Assembly (NCBI GenBank): GCA_964016885.1
Contig: OZ024741.1
Location: forward strand, 104,904,001-104,968,000
Direction of reading: 5' to 3'
Source: Eledone cirrhosa
Taxonomy: Eukaryota
DNA length: 64,000 nt
The notes under the pieces are model-generated. The model was not told where the DNA came from, searched no databases, and saw only the letters and a list, made by a program, of their open reading frames with translations. Positions 32,085 to 47,228 of the stretch are shown one piece after another; within the stretch, counting starts at the first letter, position 1, and every line of letters begins with the position of its first letter. The translations under genes and the position numbers were made by a program.

Positions 32085-32178
32085 ACCCCGACAGCTGAGC
32101 TCAAGCCGTTTCGACGGCTAATTCTGGACTAAATGAAAATTTATCCTGGTATTTAAATAGCCGATCTTCTCAAGGGGT
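32085..32178 (-). ncRNA. Type I hammerhead, U3:A8 core, GUC site (identical copy 28547-28640)
   Basis: ACCCC-TTGAGAA-GAtCGGCTA..37 nt..TAGCCGTC-GAAA-CGGCT-tgagctc-AGCTG-TC-GGGGT. Confidence 0.8.
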
Positions 32179-32543
32179 AATTCCATATATGGTCAAAGTG
32201 ATTGTCAAAAATCAGTAGTAATTCTGTGGTTGCAAATTAGTAGGGGAGATGGTGGCTAAACCTGCCAGTAGGAGAAAGAGGGGAGGGGGTGGAGTAGACC
32301 CAATCAAGCGTTGGTAGTGCCAGCTACAGCTGGGCATGAGGTCAAAGAAGATACAGGGGAGGGGGAGGGGGAGGAAGTCGGAACGGTAGGTAGAACAATG
32401 GGGGGTAGAAATAGGAAAGAAAAAATACTGAGAGTGAAGAAAAGCAAATAAGTGTAAAGAAAAAAGTAAAGTAAATTAAATTCTACGACCTAGGTGTCAG
32501 GCTATTGTTAGGCGAGAATAAAATACAGAAAGAAAGAAAGAAG

Positions 32544-32574
<31 letters not shown>

Positions 32575-33832
32575 GGAAATAAGTAAGAGAACTAGGTGGG
32601 ACGGATAAGGCAAGGACCCTTTTAAGAGGTATAAGTACGTAAATGATACGGTGACGGGTCAACAAAAGGGGCCAAAATACTAAAGAGACTACCACGAAAT
32701 AAACAATAAAGGTTTCCATCCCGGGCCAGCAACGACCCAGTGCAGCAAAGTGAACTTGTACGAGATAATAATTCTGAGTCCCGAGAAAAATATATACTAA
32801 TGCTAACTCTAAAAGATCTAAAACAAGCTACATGAAAGTTCGTACGAAATAAAGGTAGAATACGGAGAAATAAATTCAGAATCCACCCCGCCCAGAAGAA
32901 AAGCGAAGCAAGAAATACTGAAACGAAAAAATAAGGCATGTGCCACTAAGAAATATAGAGGGCACAGAGAATAGTGGGAGCGGTCGGAAAAAGGGGGAAA
33001 GTATCCGGGGTCTAAGCCAACTGCTATAAAGGGCGGAGTCCGCCAAATCTATCAAAGACTAGGGGGGGGGGGGGGGGGTACTAAGGCTACATGGGGCCAA
33101 AGGGCAGCCTCGGGTGGGCGAGAAAAGACGCCGACAAAGGAGAAGAGCTGGGGTAGAAGGACAAAGGAGAGAGGGGGGAAGGAAATAAAGGAAGCGATAA
33201 AAGAATACAAAGAAGATCTTACGTCTTCCTTGGCAAGCAGGGGTTACCCATTGCAAAATCGGCAACTGGGGTGTTATAGCCCTAGTCTACCCCCCCGGGT
33301 CATTATGGGGTTTGAGGGCGAGGTAAGTCCTACGCAATCTATGTTTACATGCAGTAACCAGTTCATCTTTCTTGTTTAGGAGTTGGTCCGTCGAAAACAG
33401 CATTTGTAAAGTTTCCTCCGAGCATAAATTGCACGGACGGCGTCCTCCCGTGTAAGAATTGGCTCTGGACAGTAATCTCCAAGTGAGATCATAGGTGATG
33501 TTGTTGTCCTTGAGGTCCCATATGTGGCCCGAAAGTGTAGTGGCGTGAGGCCGGGCCGGGTTTCGGAAGGTATGTCTATGTTGGTATAGCCGGGTCTTGA
33601 AGTCACATGCGGTAAGTCCTATATAGGCTTTGTTGGAGGTATCCGTCCTCACGTTGCACTGGTAGATCACATTACGGTCTCTGCATCTATTGTCGAGTGG
33701 GCAAATAGATCTATCCGGGCAGTTACACCTCCTGGTCGGTTCTCCACTGCTAATAAGGTTATTTCTGCCATCGGGGTTGAGTTTTTTGTTGTTAGAGGAG
33801 ACGATGTTTTGTGCGAAGTTTGGTGTAGTGCT

Positions 33833-33905
33833 GGTTGTGAGTTCGATTCCTGGACCAGGCGATGCGTTATGTCCTTGAGCAAGACACTTTATTTCACATT
33901 GCTCC
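33833..33905 (+). mobile_element. SINE fragment
   Basis: GAGTTCGATTCC B box, then GTCCTTGAGCAAGACACTT core. Confidence 0.65.
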
Positions 33906-34010
33906 TTCTACCTGGAGTTGCGACCGATAGATAGTATTAGCAATTGGAAAGACCAACGGAAACATTGTTCCCTCGGTTCGATTTGACGAAAGTCGATCGT
34001 CTTCTTATAC

Positions 34011-34046
<36 letters not shown>

Positions 34047-34570
34047 AATTTTTATACACTATATTTTCGTTAACGCATGCATCCACACCACTCAGTGCAC
34101 ACTTATGTATGAGCCTAATCCTGAAAACATTACTATAAATATTTTCATTATTACTATATCGCCAATAAATGAAACCATTATTACTTTTATTTTCACTGTT
34201 ATTAATATCTTCAGTATTTTTATGTTTAATTATTTTACTACTATTAATATCACTTTCCATATATGGTAGTTGGAAATTATTCGGCTATACTAAAAATAAT
34301 ATTAGTTTCCTGATTTTTTCATAGCCAGAATTTGTTCTTCCCGTTCTACATAATGATGTATTTTTCCTTGCATACATTTCACCCATCTCAAGAGAACGTC
34401 TTCGCGTACTTCCGTTATGTCATTCGGTTTTCTAAAGGCAATATTTGATCGTGACATTTTTGAAATATTTACTTCTGTGTCTGTACATTGATATTTCTCC
34501 GTTTCAGATTATCCCGCTTGGGGAGAAAGCAGAAATTCATTGCTTAAACATTTAATCTGTACTACTACTG

Positions 34571-36676
<2,106 letters not shown>

Positions 36677-37631
36677 AGGAAGAAAACGCACATGGTGGAT
36701 ATATTGTTATGGAATCGCTCCCGTAACTTTTTGATTTTTACATATTTAAAACAACTGTGATAGAATAATTCTTATTACAAATGAAACATAAGATTACAGT
36801 TTTGGCTCTCAGCAAGCGACAACGCATCACATTATGGCATAGAGCTCCAATATTTAATATTTTATTTTGGATCAGAAATGTTATAGTAAAAAAAGAGGAA
36901 AATCGCTACGTGGACAGACAGGCAAATAATTTCACCACCAACGCCACCACCGCTACCATCACCACTACCATCACCACTACCACACCAAAAAATTTAAACA
37001 AGCCAACTGTTACTTCAGCTTCTATTTCTACTTCAACTTCAACACCATCACTACAGTACTACGATCACATCACCACCACCACCAAAAAAATCTAGCCAAG
37101 CCAACGATCACATCACCACTACCACACCAAAAAATGTAGCCAAGCCAACTGTTACTTCAGCTTCTATTTAAACTTCAACACCATCACTACAGTACTACGA
37201 TCACATCACCACCACCACCACTGCCTCATTATCGCTACCGCAGTTATTCTCTCCCACTACCTCCTGCTAAGTACTACTATCACATCACCACCACTGCCTC
37301 ATTATCTCTACCGCCGCTATTCTCTCCCACTACCTCCTGCTAAGACAGAGGAATCGTAGTATTCCCACTAAGTGAGGAAGGTATCAAAAGATATAAAAAG
37401 ACTGATTTGATGACTCGGTCAAAAAAATAAAAAAATAAAAATAAAAACAGCACAGCAGCAACGAAAAACGCAAAGAAAAGAAAAAAGAAAAGAAAAACAA
37501 ACAAACAAACAAACAAACAAACAAACAAACAAACAAAAACCTAAGTCAGACATTCAAACATTACATTACAATGAAACTTATGCTTATTTTTTTAAGTTTT
37601 TACCTATTTATTTGTTTATTTATTTATGTTC

Positions 37632-40600
37632 GTCTACAGTGTGATAGTGCCACGCTAAAATCACCGGGGTGATCAAATCACTGGGGGTGATGAAATCACC
37701 GGTGGTTATGTAACCATACATTCAGAAATCCTCGATATGAGTGTTTAAATGTCGAACCTAAACAGTTCGAATAACGGTGAAGTGGAGACTGGAATGTCAT
37801 GTGACAGACTCTCACCCAGCAGGTGCTCCCTGGCCCAGCAGCAGGGACCTGGCTGTCATCCAAATACTGCTGGTGTTGGAGGAAGAAGAAGGAAAGGGTC
37901 CAGAACCAACTGGACGAAAGAATTGAATAGAACTGTTATGCAATGTTACCTGAAGAGTAACCCCAAGGTAAAAGGCTATAGGAAACGGATGCATAGCATC
38001 TGGAAGGAGATTGGTCTATTTAAATTAGATGAACAAAAATTGGCCGGGCAGGCTCGGGTAATAAGAACTAATGGGTGGATAAGCGAGCTGGAACTGGAGG
38101 AACTGAGCAGAGAGATTAGCTTGGAAATGGAGAGTGGAGTATGCCAGGCAAACGAGCCAGTGGGAGATGAAGGTGAAAAGGTTGAGAGAACGGAAGAAGC
38201 ATCCGAAGCAGACAATGATCTGAATGCTGAAATAAATAATACCTGGAACAAAGATACGGCCATTGAGGAAATGAATGCTGACGGGCTAGGACAAGATTTG
38301 GTTGATATCCTAAACTTAGTGGTAGATGAAATGAACAATGATAGTGGGAAACCTATGAACCTAAGATTTGTAGACAGGAAAAAGTTAAAAGAAACAACAG
38401 CTAAGGTAAACAAAGTCATCCCATACATTGAGGCGGGGAGCCTTCACCAGTGCAACAATATCCTCAAAGCAACAGTAAATGCGGTGAGGAAATTACTTGG
38501 CATAAAAGCGAGAGGAAACAACAAACAAGAAATATCAGAGCCTTGGTGGAAGAAACGACTGAATTGTCAAATCAGGGAAATGAGAAATGACATTGGAAAG
38601 CTTGAGTCCCTACTGAATGGGACACTAAAAAACATAGACACTAAAAATAGACTGGAAATAAAGTACAAAACTAGGAGGAAAAGGCTAAATATTATCATAG
38701 AGGAACTGAAGCAACGCATTGTAGCAAAGAGTGCAAAGATTAGGCGATACGAGAGCAGAGTCAGTCAGTATAGACAGAACCGCATGTTTGACAACAACCA
38801 GAAGATGTTGTTTGGACAGCTTGAGGGAAAGGAAGAGGCAACGACTTGATCCCTGAGGCGGAACAAACTAAAACATTCTGGAGAGGAATATGGGAGCAGG
38901 ATGTTGAATATAATGATCAGGCAGTGTGGATTGAGACAGTACAAAAGGAGATTAGTGAACAGGCACACCAACAAACTGATTTGAGTATCACAGTTGAAAC
39001 TCTTAAGGGGCAGACCAGAAAACTAACCAACTGGAAATCACCAGGCCCAGATGGTGTGCAGGGGTATTGGATTAAAAATATAACATCCCTCCATCCGCAA
39101 CTGACAACCATGTTCAATGACAGGTGAGGTACCAGAGTGGTTGACAAAAGGTACCACAGTTCTGGTAATGAAAGACCGAGCCAAGGGTAATAATATTACC
39201 AAATATAGACCTATCACATGTCTGTCCGTAATGTGGAAACTGATAACAAGCATTGCGTCTGAGGAAATATACCACCACCTCCACATAAACAACTTGTTAC
39301 CGGACGAACAGAAAGGATGCCGAAAGAAGTCCCGTGGTACAAAGGAGCAGTTACTTATTGATAAGATGGTAATGAGGAATTACAGGAGGAGACACACTGG
39401 TCTTGCCATGGGATGGATAGACTACAAAAAGGCATTCGACATGGTACCTCATTCTTGGATAACCAAAAGCCTAGAGATCTTCAGGGTAGCAGATAACATC
39501 AGACAGTTGTTGAGCAAAAGTATGAAGTCCTGGAAAACAGAGTTAACATCGGGCGGAGAATCCTTGGGAGGCGTGAGGATCAAGAGAGGTATCTTCCAGG
39601 GAGATATTTTGTCCCCTCTGTTGTTTGTCCTTGCCCTGATCCCCCTGACCATTATACTGCGAAAAGTGAGAGCAGGATACAAGTTGGGAAAGGGAGAGCT
39701 TACCATCAATCACCTCCTCTTCATGGACGATCTTAAGCTCTTCGGGAAGAGTGAGAAGGAGTTGGATGTGCTTGTTGACACTGTCCGCATTTTCAGCAGT
39801 GATATATGTATGCAGTTTGGTATTAGTAAGTGTGGAGTCCTTTGTTGAAGAGGGGTAAATTGTGCAGAAGTAACGGAATCCAGGTACCAACAGGTGAGAT
39901 GATAAATGAAATTGATACTGAAGAAGGATACAAATATTTAGGTTTTCTGGAGGCTGATGACATCAAGAACAAAAAATGAAGGAATTGATAAGATCTGAAT
40001 ACATTCGGAGAGTAAGGAGCGTATTAAAGTCACATCTGAACAGTAGGAATGCCATAAGTGCAGTAAATTCCCGAGCTGTGTCTATTATTAGGTACAGTGC
40101 GGGAATTCTGAGATGGAATATTGCTGAACAAAAAGAAATGGATAGGAAGACTAGGAAGCTATTGACTATCGACAACATGTTCCACAAGAGGAGTGATGTC
40201 GATAGGAGATCTGAAGGTGGAAGAGGTCTTATCAGCATAGAGCACTGTGTTCAGATGGAGAAAAACAACCTACACAAATACGTGACTGACAGTAGGGGGC
40301 CAATGCTCAGAATTGTACTGAAGGAGAAGACAATAGACCAGGGGATGTCCAAGGAGGAAATAACAACAAGGAGAAAGAGCAACCTTCATGAAAAATCCCT
40401 TCATAGTACCTTCTTTGAGAAAACTGAATTTAGAGATCCACAGAGATGGAACTGGTTGAAAAGAGGAGACCTTAAAAAGGCTACAGAAGGAATGCTAAGG
40501 GCTGCGCAAGAGCAGGCCCTCAAAACGAAGTGGCTGAAACACCATATTTAAAGGAGGAGGCTAGCCCACTGTGTAGGATCTGTGGAGAGAGAGAGGAGGC

Positions 40601-41220
40601 TGTGGCTCACATTGTATCCGAGTGTAAACACCTAGCCCAGACTCACTATAAAGCTGGAGACATGATGTGATGGGCAGGGTGATCCACTGGCACCTATGCA
40701 AAGTAAACAATTTACCACATTCTGAGAAGTAGTATGAGCATAAGCCAGAGTCGGTGATGGAAAACGATCAGGTGAAGGTGCTGTGGGATTTTAGCATACA
40801 GACGGGCAAGAAACTGGAACACAATAGACCTGACCTGGTGGTTTGGGACGAGGGAAAAAGATCGTGCCTGATTTAAAATGTAGCCTGCCTATTCGACACG
40901 AGAGTGCAAGACAAGGAGAGGGAGAAAATTAACCGATACCAGGACTTAAAGTGGGAGGTAAAAAGAATTTGGAACTGCCATGAGGTCGAAGTAGTCCCGA
41001 TTGTCATAGGCGCACTAGGTACTATCTCAAAGAGTTTCCAAGAATGGTTAAAGAAAATTGGTCCCGCCCCGCTTTTTGGAACACTTCAAAATGCATGCTT
41101 GCTGGGAACAGCAAGAATCCTCCGATACGTCCTGAATATCTGAGGCTGCAGGTAGTGGCTTGATATTCATTTCAACAAACTTTCCATTTAAATAACATCA
41201 ATGACTGAGAATCAAAAAAC

Positions 41221-41270
<50 letters not shown>
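37632..41270 (+). mobile_element. Full-length Dong/R4 LINE, single ORF broken by frameshifts and stops (37749-41143)
   Basis: Collinear ORF pieces WTKELN..CY, PWWKKRL, WKSPGPDG, YRPITCL, QGD, FMDD; (AAT)n tail. Confidence 0.92.
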
Positions 41271-41272
<2 letters not shown>

Positions 41273-44200
41273 TTTTCTTTATTAACCACAAGGGTTCACA
41301 TAAAGTAGACATTAAGGACAGTACAGGACAATACAGGACGGTACAAATGGGCATTTCTGCGTGTAAAAAAACAGAGGTTGAAATAAAATAACAAAGAAAA
41401 ATTCCCCAATAGGGGGGAGACTTCCAAGGGTCATTTGTGGAGAAAGCCCATTAAAAGACCACAGTGGCCCTGACCACCAGGGCAAGTGCCCTCTCCCAGT
41501 TTTCCACCTTTAATTTACAGACACATACTCAGAGAAGGCCCATTCATTCGGGCCATACTTGCTTCTCTCACCCATCTTTCAACAAAATGCTGGGAAGAGA
41601 GCACTTCCCTCTCTACCCTGATTTTCCTTTTCAAATGAAATTTGAAAAAGTTAATCAGGGCATCACCGAAGAGGTAAGTGCTCGTCTTCAGCCCTTTCAA
41701 ACGTGTCCACCATACTATCTCTTTCGCCATGGCCACCAGACAGATAAAAACTGCCTGCCCTTCCAGGCTAAAGGAAGGGGGCGGGGCAATCCTCACGATG
41801 GACTCAGCTGATAGCTGGATCCGTCCTACACGTGACAGCAGGTGTTCGACATAAACCCACAAGTCAGCAATGCTCGGACACTGGACGAGTGCGTGCAGGA
41901 CGGTTTCGTCGCCCTGCGCGCATCTCGGACATGCCCGACTGACGGCACCTCCATGCCTGTAGAGTTTATCCCGAACTGGCAAAGCTCCTCGGTAGCACTG
42001 CCAGGCCAGGGATTTCTGGAAGTTGTCCATAGGCCCCGGCCCGAAAGTCCTTCCGAAGAGATTGGCTAGTTGATTTTCGTCGACGCCTAGAGTTTCTCCA
42101 AGTACGTCGTCGCTCTTCCCCTCCACTAATCCCCTATAGAACGCCAAGGTGGAGTTTCCACCGATCACATTGCCCGATTGGTCGAGGGCTGTGAGCGCCT
42201 GAAGACATTCCAGTCTCCAAGCGCTCCCTCTCGGTCTTCGCTTGACCCAGGACTGCAGCTCCGTCAAGGAGACGAGCTGGGGAAAAACGTGTCTTGCAAA
42301 CGGCGACCACACCTGATCACCGTCGAGGAAGAGGTGGAGATGTCGTAGCCTGAACGCGTGTCTGCGCATCATCAGCCACGGCATGCCCAGCCCTCCACGT
42401 AGCGGGTGTTGACAGCAGATGGACCGCCTGACCATAGGAGCGCGTCCCTTCCACAAGAAGCGAAAGAGCAAACGCTCCAGCGCAGTCAGGCGGGGCTTAG
42501 GACAAGGTACGACGGTCAGGCGGTAGTAGATGACGGATGCGATGTACGCATTCGCCACCTCCGCTCGACCTTTCAGGGATAGCTTCCTCTCGGCCCATTT
42601 CTGGGTGAGAGAAGCCACCCTGCTCGTCACCTCGTCCCAGTTTTTGTCCGTCTGGAGGTCTGGACCGAACCAGACCCCTAGCAATTTAACCGGTCCGTCC
42701 GTCCAGCGCCCGACGACGCTGTTGGACGGCATGGACCTGCCTCTCCAGGTGCCGAGCTGCAGGCCCACTGACTTTTCCTGGTTGATCATTGCTCCTGTCA
42801 CCGCTTCGTATTCTCTTAGTGTAGTGCCGATCGCCTCGATGTGTTTCGCGTTCGACACCACTACGGTGACATCGTCGGCATATGCTGACACGGATCTTCC
42901 GCATCCTAGTTCGCGCGGGACCCCCCTCAACGTCTCCAGTTTGTGCAGTAATGGCTCGAGAGTCAATACGTACAATAGGGACGAGAGGAGACATCCTTGG
43001 CGGACCGAGCGCATGATGTTGAACGGTTCCGAAAGGTGACCGTTCACTCTCACTACAGAGCAGATGTCGCTGTGCATGGCAGCGATCCAGCCTCTGAAGA
43101 CGGGCCCAAAGCCAGCCGCCTTCAGGACTGCCGTTAGGTAACGATGGTCGACCCTATCGAAGGCTTTCGACTGATCTAAATTGATCAAAGACCCACCCGT
43201 GCCAGGTTCCTTAGCTACCCTCTCTACGATGTATCGCATGAGGTGGAGGTTGACGTGGATGGATCTGTCGGGAATGGCGCATGTCTGTGTCTCTCCCACC
43301 AGACCACCAACGACAAGCGCCAACCTCTTTGCTAGCACCTTGGCCAAAATCTTGAACTCTGTGTTTAGCAGAGTTATGGGCCTAAAATTATCTATGTTAT
43401 CCCCCTTGTTCGGATCCTTTCTCAGCAGCGCCACCGCTCCTCGGCTCACAGAGCTGGGAATTCTCCCGTTCTGTTGCCAGTTGCAGTAGACGTCCGCCAA
43501 GAGGCCTCCGAACAAGTTTGGCATTTGTACGTAAAGTTCATAGGGCAGACCATCCAAACCAGGCGATTTAGCCCTTGTGCAACTAGTCATTGCATCCCGT
43601 ACTTCAGCGGTTGTTATCGGCTTTTCGCAACACTCCGCCTCAGTGGCCGAAAGCCGCGGCAGTCCGTCGAGGTAGACACTAAAGTCCATCCCTCGATCCG
43701 GCCCGCCACTGCCCCCGAACAGTTGAGCGAAGTGTCGCTGAAAAGCTTCACACATTTGCCCGGGATCGAGTAGCATGCGCCCGTCGTGGTCCACCAAAGA
43801 CCGGATCGTGGCTTTGTTGCCACGACGCGCCCCCGCCACTCGGGCTCATTGAACGGCTTTCGTCCCCTCGTGTCTGAGAGCACGCACCCTAGCTCTGACA
43901 ACGCAGCCTTCGTGCTTTGCATTGAAGAATTGGTCAAGGGCCAATTTCGCCGCAAGTACGTCGGTGGCGATGCCTTTGCTAAGCGCCTCATCTAATTTTC
44001 TAACTAATTCTCCCTCTGCTCTATTTTTCTCTATTGCTAAAGTCTTACTAAACCTAATGGACTCTATTCTAATTGCTCTTTTCAGAGCAAACCACCACTT
44101 GTTGTTGACGATGGCCCCCGTCAACGCCCGCTTAACTAGTTCGCTAATCCGGTCTCTGTAGGCCTTGCGCGCTGGTAAGGACGCGTTTAGCTTCCAGTAG

Positions 44201-47200
44201 CCGGGTCCTCGTCTATGAAGCCTATCTAAGTCAAGCACACAGATCACGAATTTGTGGTCCGTGTAGCTGACTATCTTGAATTGTGGACAGCCTATGCTAG
44301 ACCTATCTATTTCCCTACAAAATACTCTATCTAGATATGATCTGGATGACCCTATGCGATTTGTCCAAGTCCACATTGGTACATTCGGGAAATCCATTCG
44401 GTACCTGTCAGACAGTTCAAAACGCCTGAGCAGGTTGGTGAGACTCTTGCACCCTCTTTCCCTATCCACTAATCCCACACAATCCCAGCGTGCATTTAGG
44501 ATCCCGTTCCAGTCGCCCACTAACACTAAAGAGCGGGAGGTTCCAAGAAAGGTCTCCAGACGCCGGAAGAAATCAGGCCGCCCTGCTCCTGTCGGGGCAT
44601 AGACGGCCACTAACCTGAAAGCTTGCCCTTCTCCGCTGGTCACGTCCAGCACCACCAACTTACCTTCTGGGTCCAGGAAGATGGCCCGTATGGCAAGATC
44701 CAAACCTCTCCGAAAAGCACAGCAACTTCTCCCCCCGATCCCGGACGGCTGGGAGATGCGTACACATCGTAGCCGCCGAAGATCGGTGCGAAGGCCCTTG
44801 CTTCGGAGATTCTGGTCTCGCTGATGGCCACTACATCTATGTTTAGTGACCTGAGGTCGTTGAGCAGGTGACCCTGCTTCCATGACGACCCCAAGCCACG
44901 CGCATTTATGCTGCCTATTTCGTAGAGGAGGGATGGTTTTTCCATCCCTTTTCACTTGATCGTCTGGTGAAGAGACCGTTGAATCGTCCCTTCGGCTGGT
45001 CGTCGGCTCTTCTATGAGTATGTCCGAATATACTCTTCGGTTGAGTGTCCCTCCTAGGTCTCTGAAATCACCAACTGCGTTGGGGAATTTCGTTTTAGTG
45101 TTTGTGTATTGTTTCTGTGCTATCTTTAGTAGTCTTATGTTAGTTGGCGTTTTGATTGGTGCTGGTATTATGTAGTCGTGTTGTGAAATGTCTGTGTGTT
45201 CAATTATGTAAGTCATTAGTTTCTTGTTGTGTGTATTTATTGCCGTGCATTTGTTTTTCTGGGGGTGGGGTGTGGTTCTGCTATTTTCTTGTCGTTGTTG
45301 CTGGGTGTGTGTGTTTTGTTGTTGTGTTTGCGATGTTGGTGCTTGTGGTGGTGGTGTTGAAGGTGTTGTTGGCGGTGGGGTTGTCGCCGGTGGTGATGGT
45401 GGTGCTAGTGTGGGTGGTGATGGTGTTGGTGGTGTTGCTGCTGTGAGTCTCTTTGCAGTAGCCTTTACCCTTTTTTCATTTCTTTCCTCCCTTTTCAAAG
45501 GCGACGATGCGCTGCTTCTGCGTTTGTGCCTTCTTACGACCTTTTGCCATCCCTCTCCCACCTCACACTCCATGTCTGATTCTGTGAGGTCGGGGAGGGG
45601 TACCAGCTCCACTCTTTCACTTGTTGTTGTTGGTGATGTTTGCACTGGAGTCTCTGTTGCAGCTGCATTTGGTATTGCTGTTGTTGTTGTTAATACTTCC
45701 ACTGCTGCTGCTGTTTTTGATTTCCGTGGCGTGGGTATGGGTGCCACGGACCTATCGTTCCTGGTTGCCGCTTGTCCTGTTGCTGGCAGCCGTGGAGCCG
45801 GTTTCGGAAGAAGGGGGGTTTTCTCCTTTCTCAGGGTCTTCTCGTTGCAGAAGGCCCTGAGGTTAGTCTTCGATCCACAGCAAAAGCATTTCGGGCGTTT
45901 GCCCTCAACACTTATGGGCAGTTGAGTGCCGTTATCGAAGTCTATCACATCCGGGATAGCTTCGATGCACTCCTGGTTGGTTTGGATTAACATCTCAATG
46001 GAGGTGCCGACCCAATCTTCTCTTACTTTTTTCTGTACTTGCAGTACAGTTGTTTTGTCCTTGATTCCGACGAGGACAGACGCGGCCAGCCAAGAAGGGG
46101 CCATCCCGGGGGGGACGTGGGTCAGTTTGAGCCTCACAATTTTTTGCCCGCAGTAGGAGGGCACCAACACCATTTCCTCGCTCCTTAGGGTCACTAAGGA
46201 TTGAGCCTTTGCCTCCTGGGGTGTGGCAAAAAGTACGTCTACGGTGGCATATTTCTTGCCTCGGGTGATGTGCGTTTTCCGCTGCCACACAGACCCCAAG
46301 GCTTTTTGTATTTGAGCCTCTGTGGCTCTTTCAACCCTACGGGATTTTGTACTTACTGTACGGTACGTGACCGTACAGTGCTGTTGGGTTTCGAAAAATT
46401 TTTCCGCTGCCTTGCAGATTGCTCGGTGTCCAGTTTTTGTCATGAGGATGGTTTCCAGGTTCTTTGCGATACCTGCAAACGAGATTGGTTATTCTTTGCT
46501 GCTGTTGTTGTTGTTGTCGTCAGAGCTGCTGTTACTTTTGTTGTTGCTTCAGGTACTACGACTACTGCCGCCGCCGCTGTTGATGTGGTTGTTGTTGTTG
46601 TTGCTGCTGCTGCTGTTGTTGTTGCTGCTAATGCTGTTGTTGTTTATGCTGCTGATGATGCTGTTGCGGCTGCTACTGTTGTTTTCCTTGTCACTGTTGC
46701 TGCTGCTGCTGTTATTACGGCTGCTACTGCTATTATTCCTGACGTCAGACGAATGAAATGGGTTTTTGTATTTCCCGCACACCTGTTTCGTCGTTGTCGT
46801 CGTCGTCGTGGAGAAATCTTGCTCGCTTTGCACGTGATTTTTCTTTTCTGGCGTCGCTTGCGAAAGAGAAGGGAGGGAGAGAGACACATTTAGAGAAGGG
46901 AGGGAGAGAGACAATCTTCTCTCTGCTGTAGTGACGATTGAGGAAGAAGAAGACGGAATGAGTGGGAGTGACCTATGAAAATTCTTTTTCGTAGCCATGT
47001 TTTTTTGTTTAAAATAAATATTGGGCACAAAACCCCAATAGGCGGTTATTTAACCCCGAAGGGCCAAATAAGGGACAGAAAGACCCCTCTCACGAGGAGG
47101 AGGGTGTTTTTGTCTACAAGTTGGTTAAAGTTTTAAACAATTTACAATTGTTATAGCGGTCAAAATTTACAATACCTTACAGAGCCGAGCCTCCGTCAAC

Positions 47201-47211
47201 CATAGAATTCA
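41271..47211 (-). mobile_element. Near full-length Tx1/L1-clade LINE (ORF1 with Zn-knuckle; ORF2 APE-RT-zinc finger), lightly frameshifted
   Basis: ORF1 CFCCGSKTNLRAFC; APE SINARGL, SET, VYAP, VGDWN, YLDR, TDH, YWKLN; RT KSPGLDG, FRPITLLN, DQSKAFDRV, RQGC, YADD; CPRC..ETVLHALVQC. Confidence 0.92.
41515..43839 (-). CDS. Tx1 ORF2 RT/zinc-finger portion (774 aa; joined to APE across a frameshift at ~43845)
   Basis: ORF track motifs as above. Confidence 0.85.
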   Translation of the reverse strand: MAGARRGNKATIRSLVDHDGRMLLDPGQMCEAFQRHFAQLFGGSGGPDRGMDFSVYLDGLPRLSATEAECCEKPITTAEVRDAMTSCTRAKSPGLDGLPYELYVQMPNLFGGLLADVYCNWQQNGRIPSSVSRGAVALLRKDPNKGDNIDNFRPITLLNTEFKILAKVLAKRLALVVGGLVGETQTCAIPDRSIHVNLHLMRYIVERVAKEPGTGGSLINLDQSKAFDRVDHRYLTAVLKAAGFGPVFRGWIAAMHSDICSVVRVNGHLSEPFNIMRSVRQGCLLSSLLYVLTLEPLLHKLETLRGVPRELGCGRSVSAYADDVTVVVSNAKHIEAIGTTLREYEAVTGAMINQEKSVGLQLGTWRGRSMPSNSVVGRWTDGPVKLLGVWFGPDLQTDKNWDEVTSRVASLTQKWAERKLSLKGRAEVANAYIASVIYYRLTVVPCPKPRLTALERLLFRFLWKGRAPMVRRSICCQHPLRGGLGMPWLMMRRHAFRLRHLHLFLDGDQVWSPFARHVFPQLVSLTELQSWVKRRPRGSAWRLECLQALTALDQSGNVIGGNSTLAFYRGLVEGKSDDVLGETLGVDENQLANLFGRTFGPGPMDNFQKSLAWQCYRGALPVRDKLYRHGGAVSRACPRCAQGDETVLHALVQCPSIADLWVYVEHLLSRVGRIQLSAESIVRIAPPPSFSLEGQAVFICLVAMAKEIVWWTRLKGLKTSTYLFGDALINFFKFHLKRKIRVEREVLSSQHFVERWVREASMARMNGPSLSMCL

Positions 47212-47228
47212 ATAATAATAATAATAAT

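Noticed and set aside
36930-37340. CRISPR-like or coding repeat array
   Set aside because: Irregular low-complexity tandem duplications without constant repeat-spacer periodicity; eukaryotic context.
37636-37710. Pistol ribozyme resemblance (CCACG..AAA)
   Set aside because: P1 is weak and the GCGU junction is absent; kept only as an unclassified structured UTR.
43846-46443. Novel ORF1-endonuclease fusion protein (865 aa)
   Set aside because: The APE N-terminus is in another frame (44640-44945); a single indel near 44720 explains the fusion.
47040-47115. HDV-like ribozyme in the Tx1 5' UTR (CCTCCTCGTG)
   Set aside because: No P1/P1.1/P2 arrangement found; it folds as simple hairpins.
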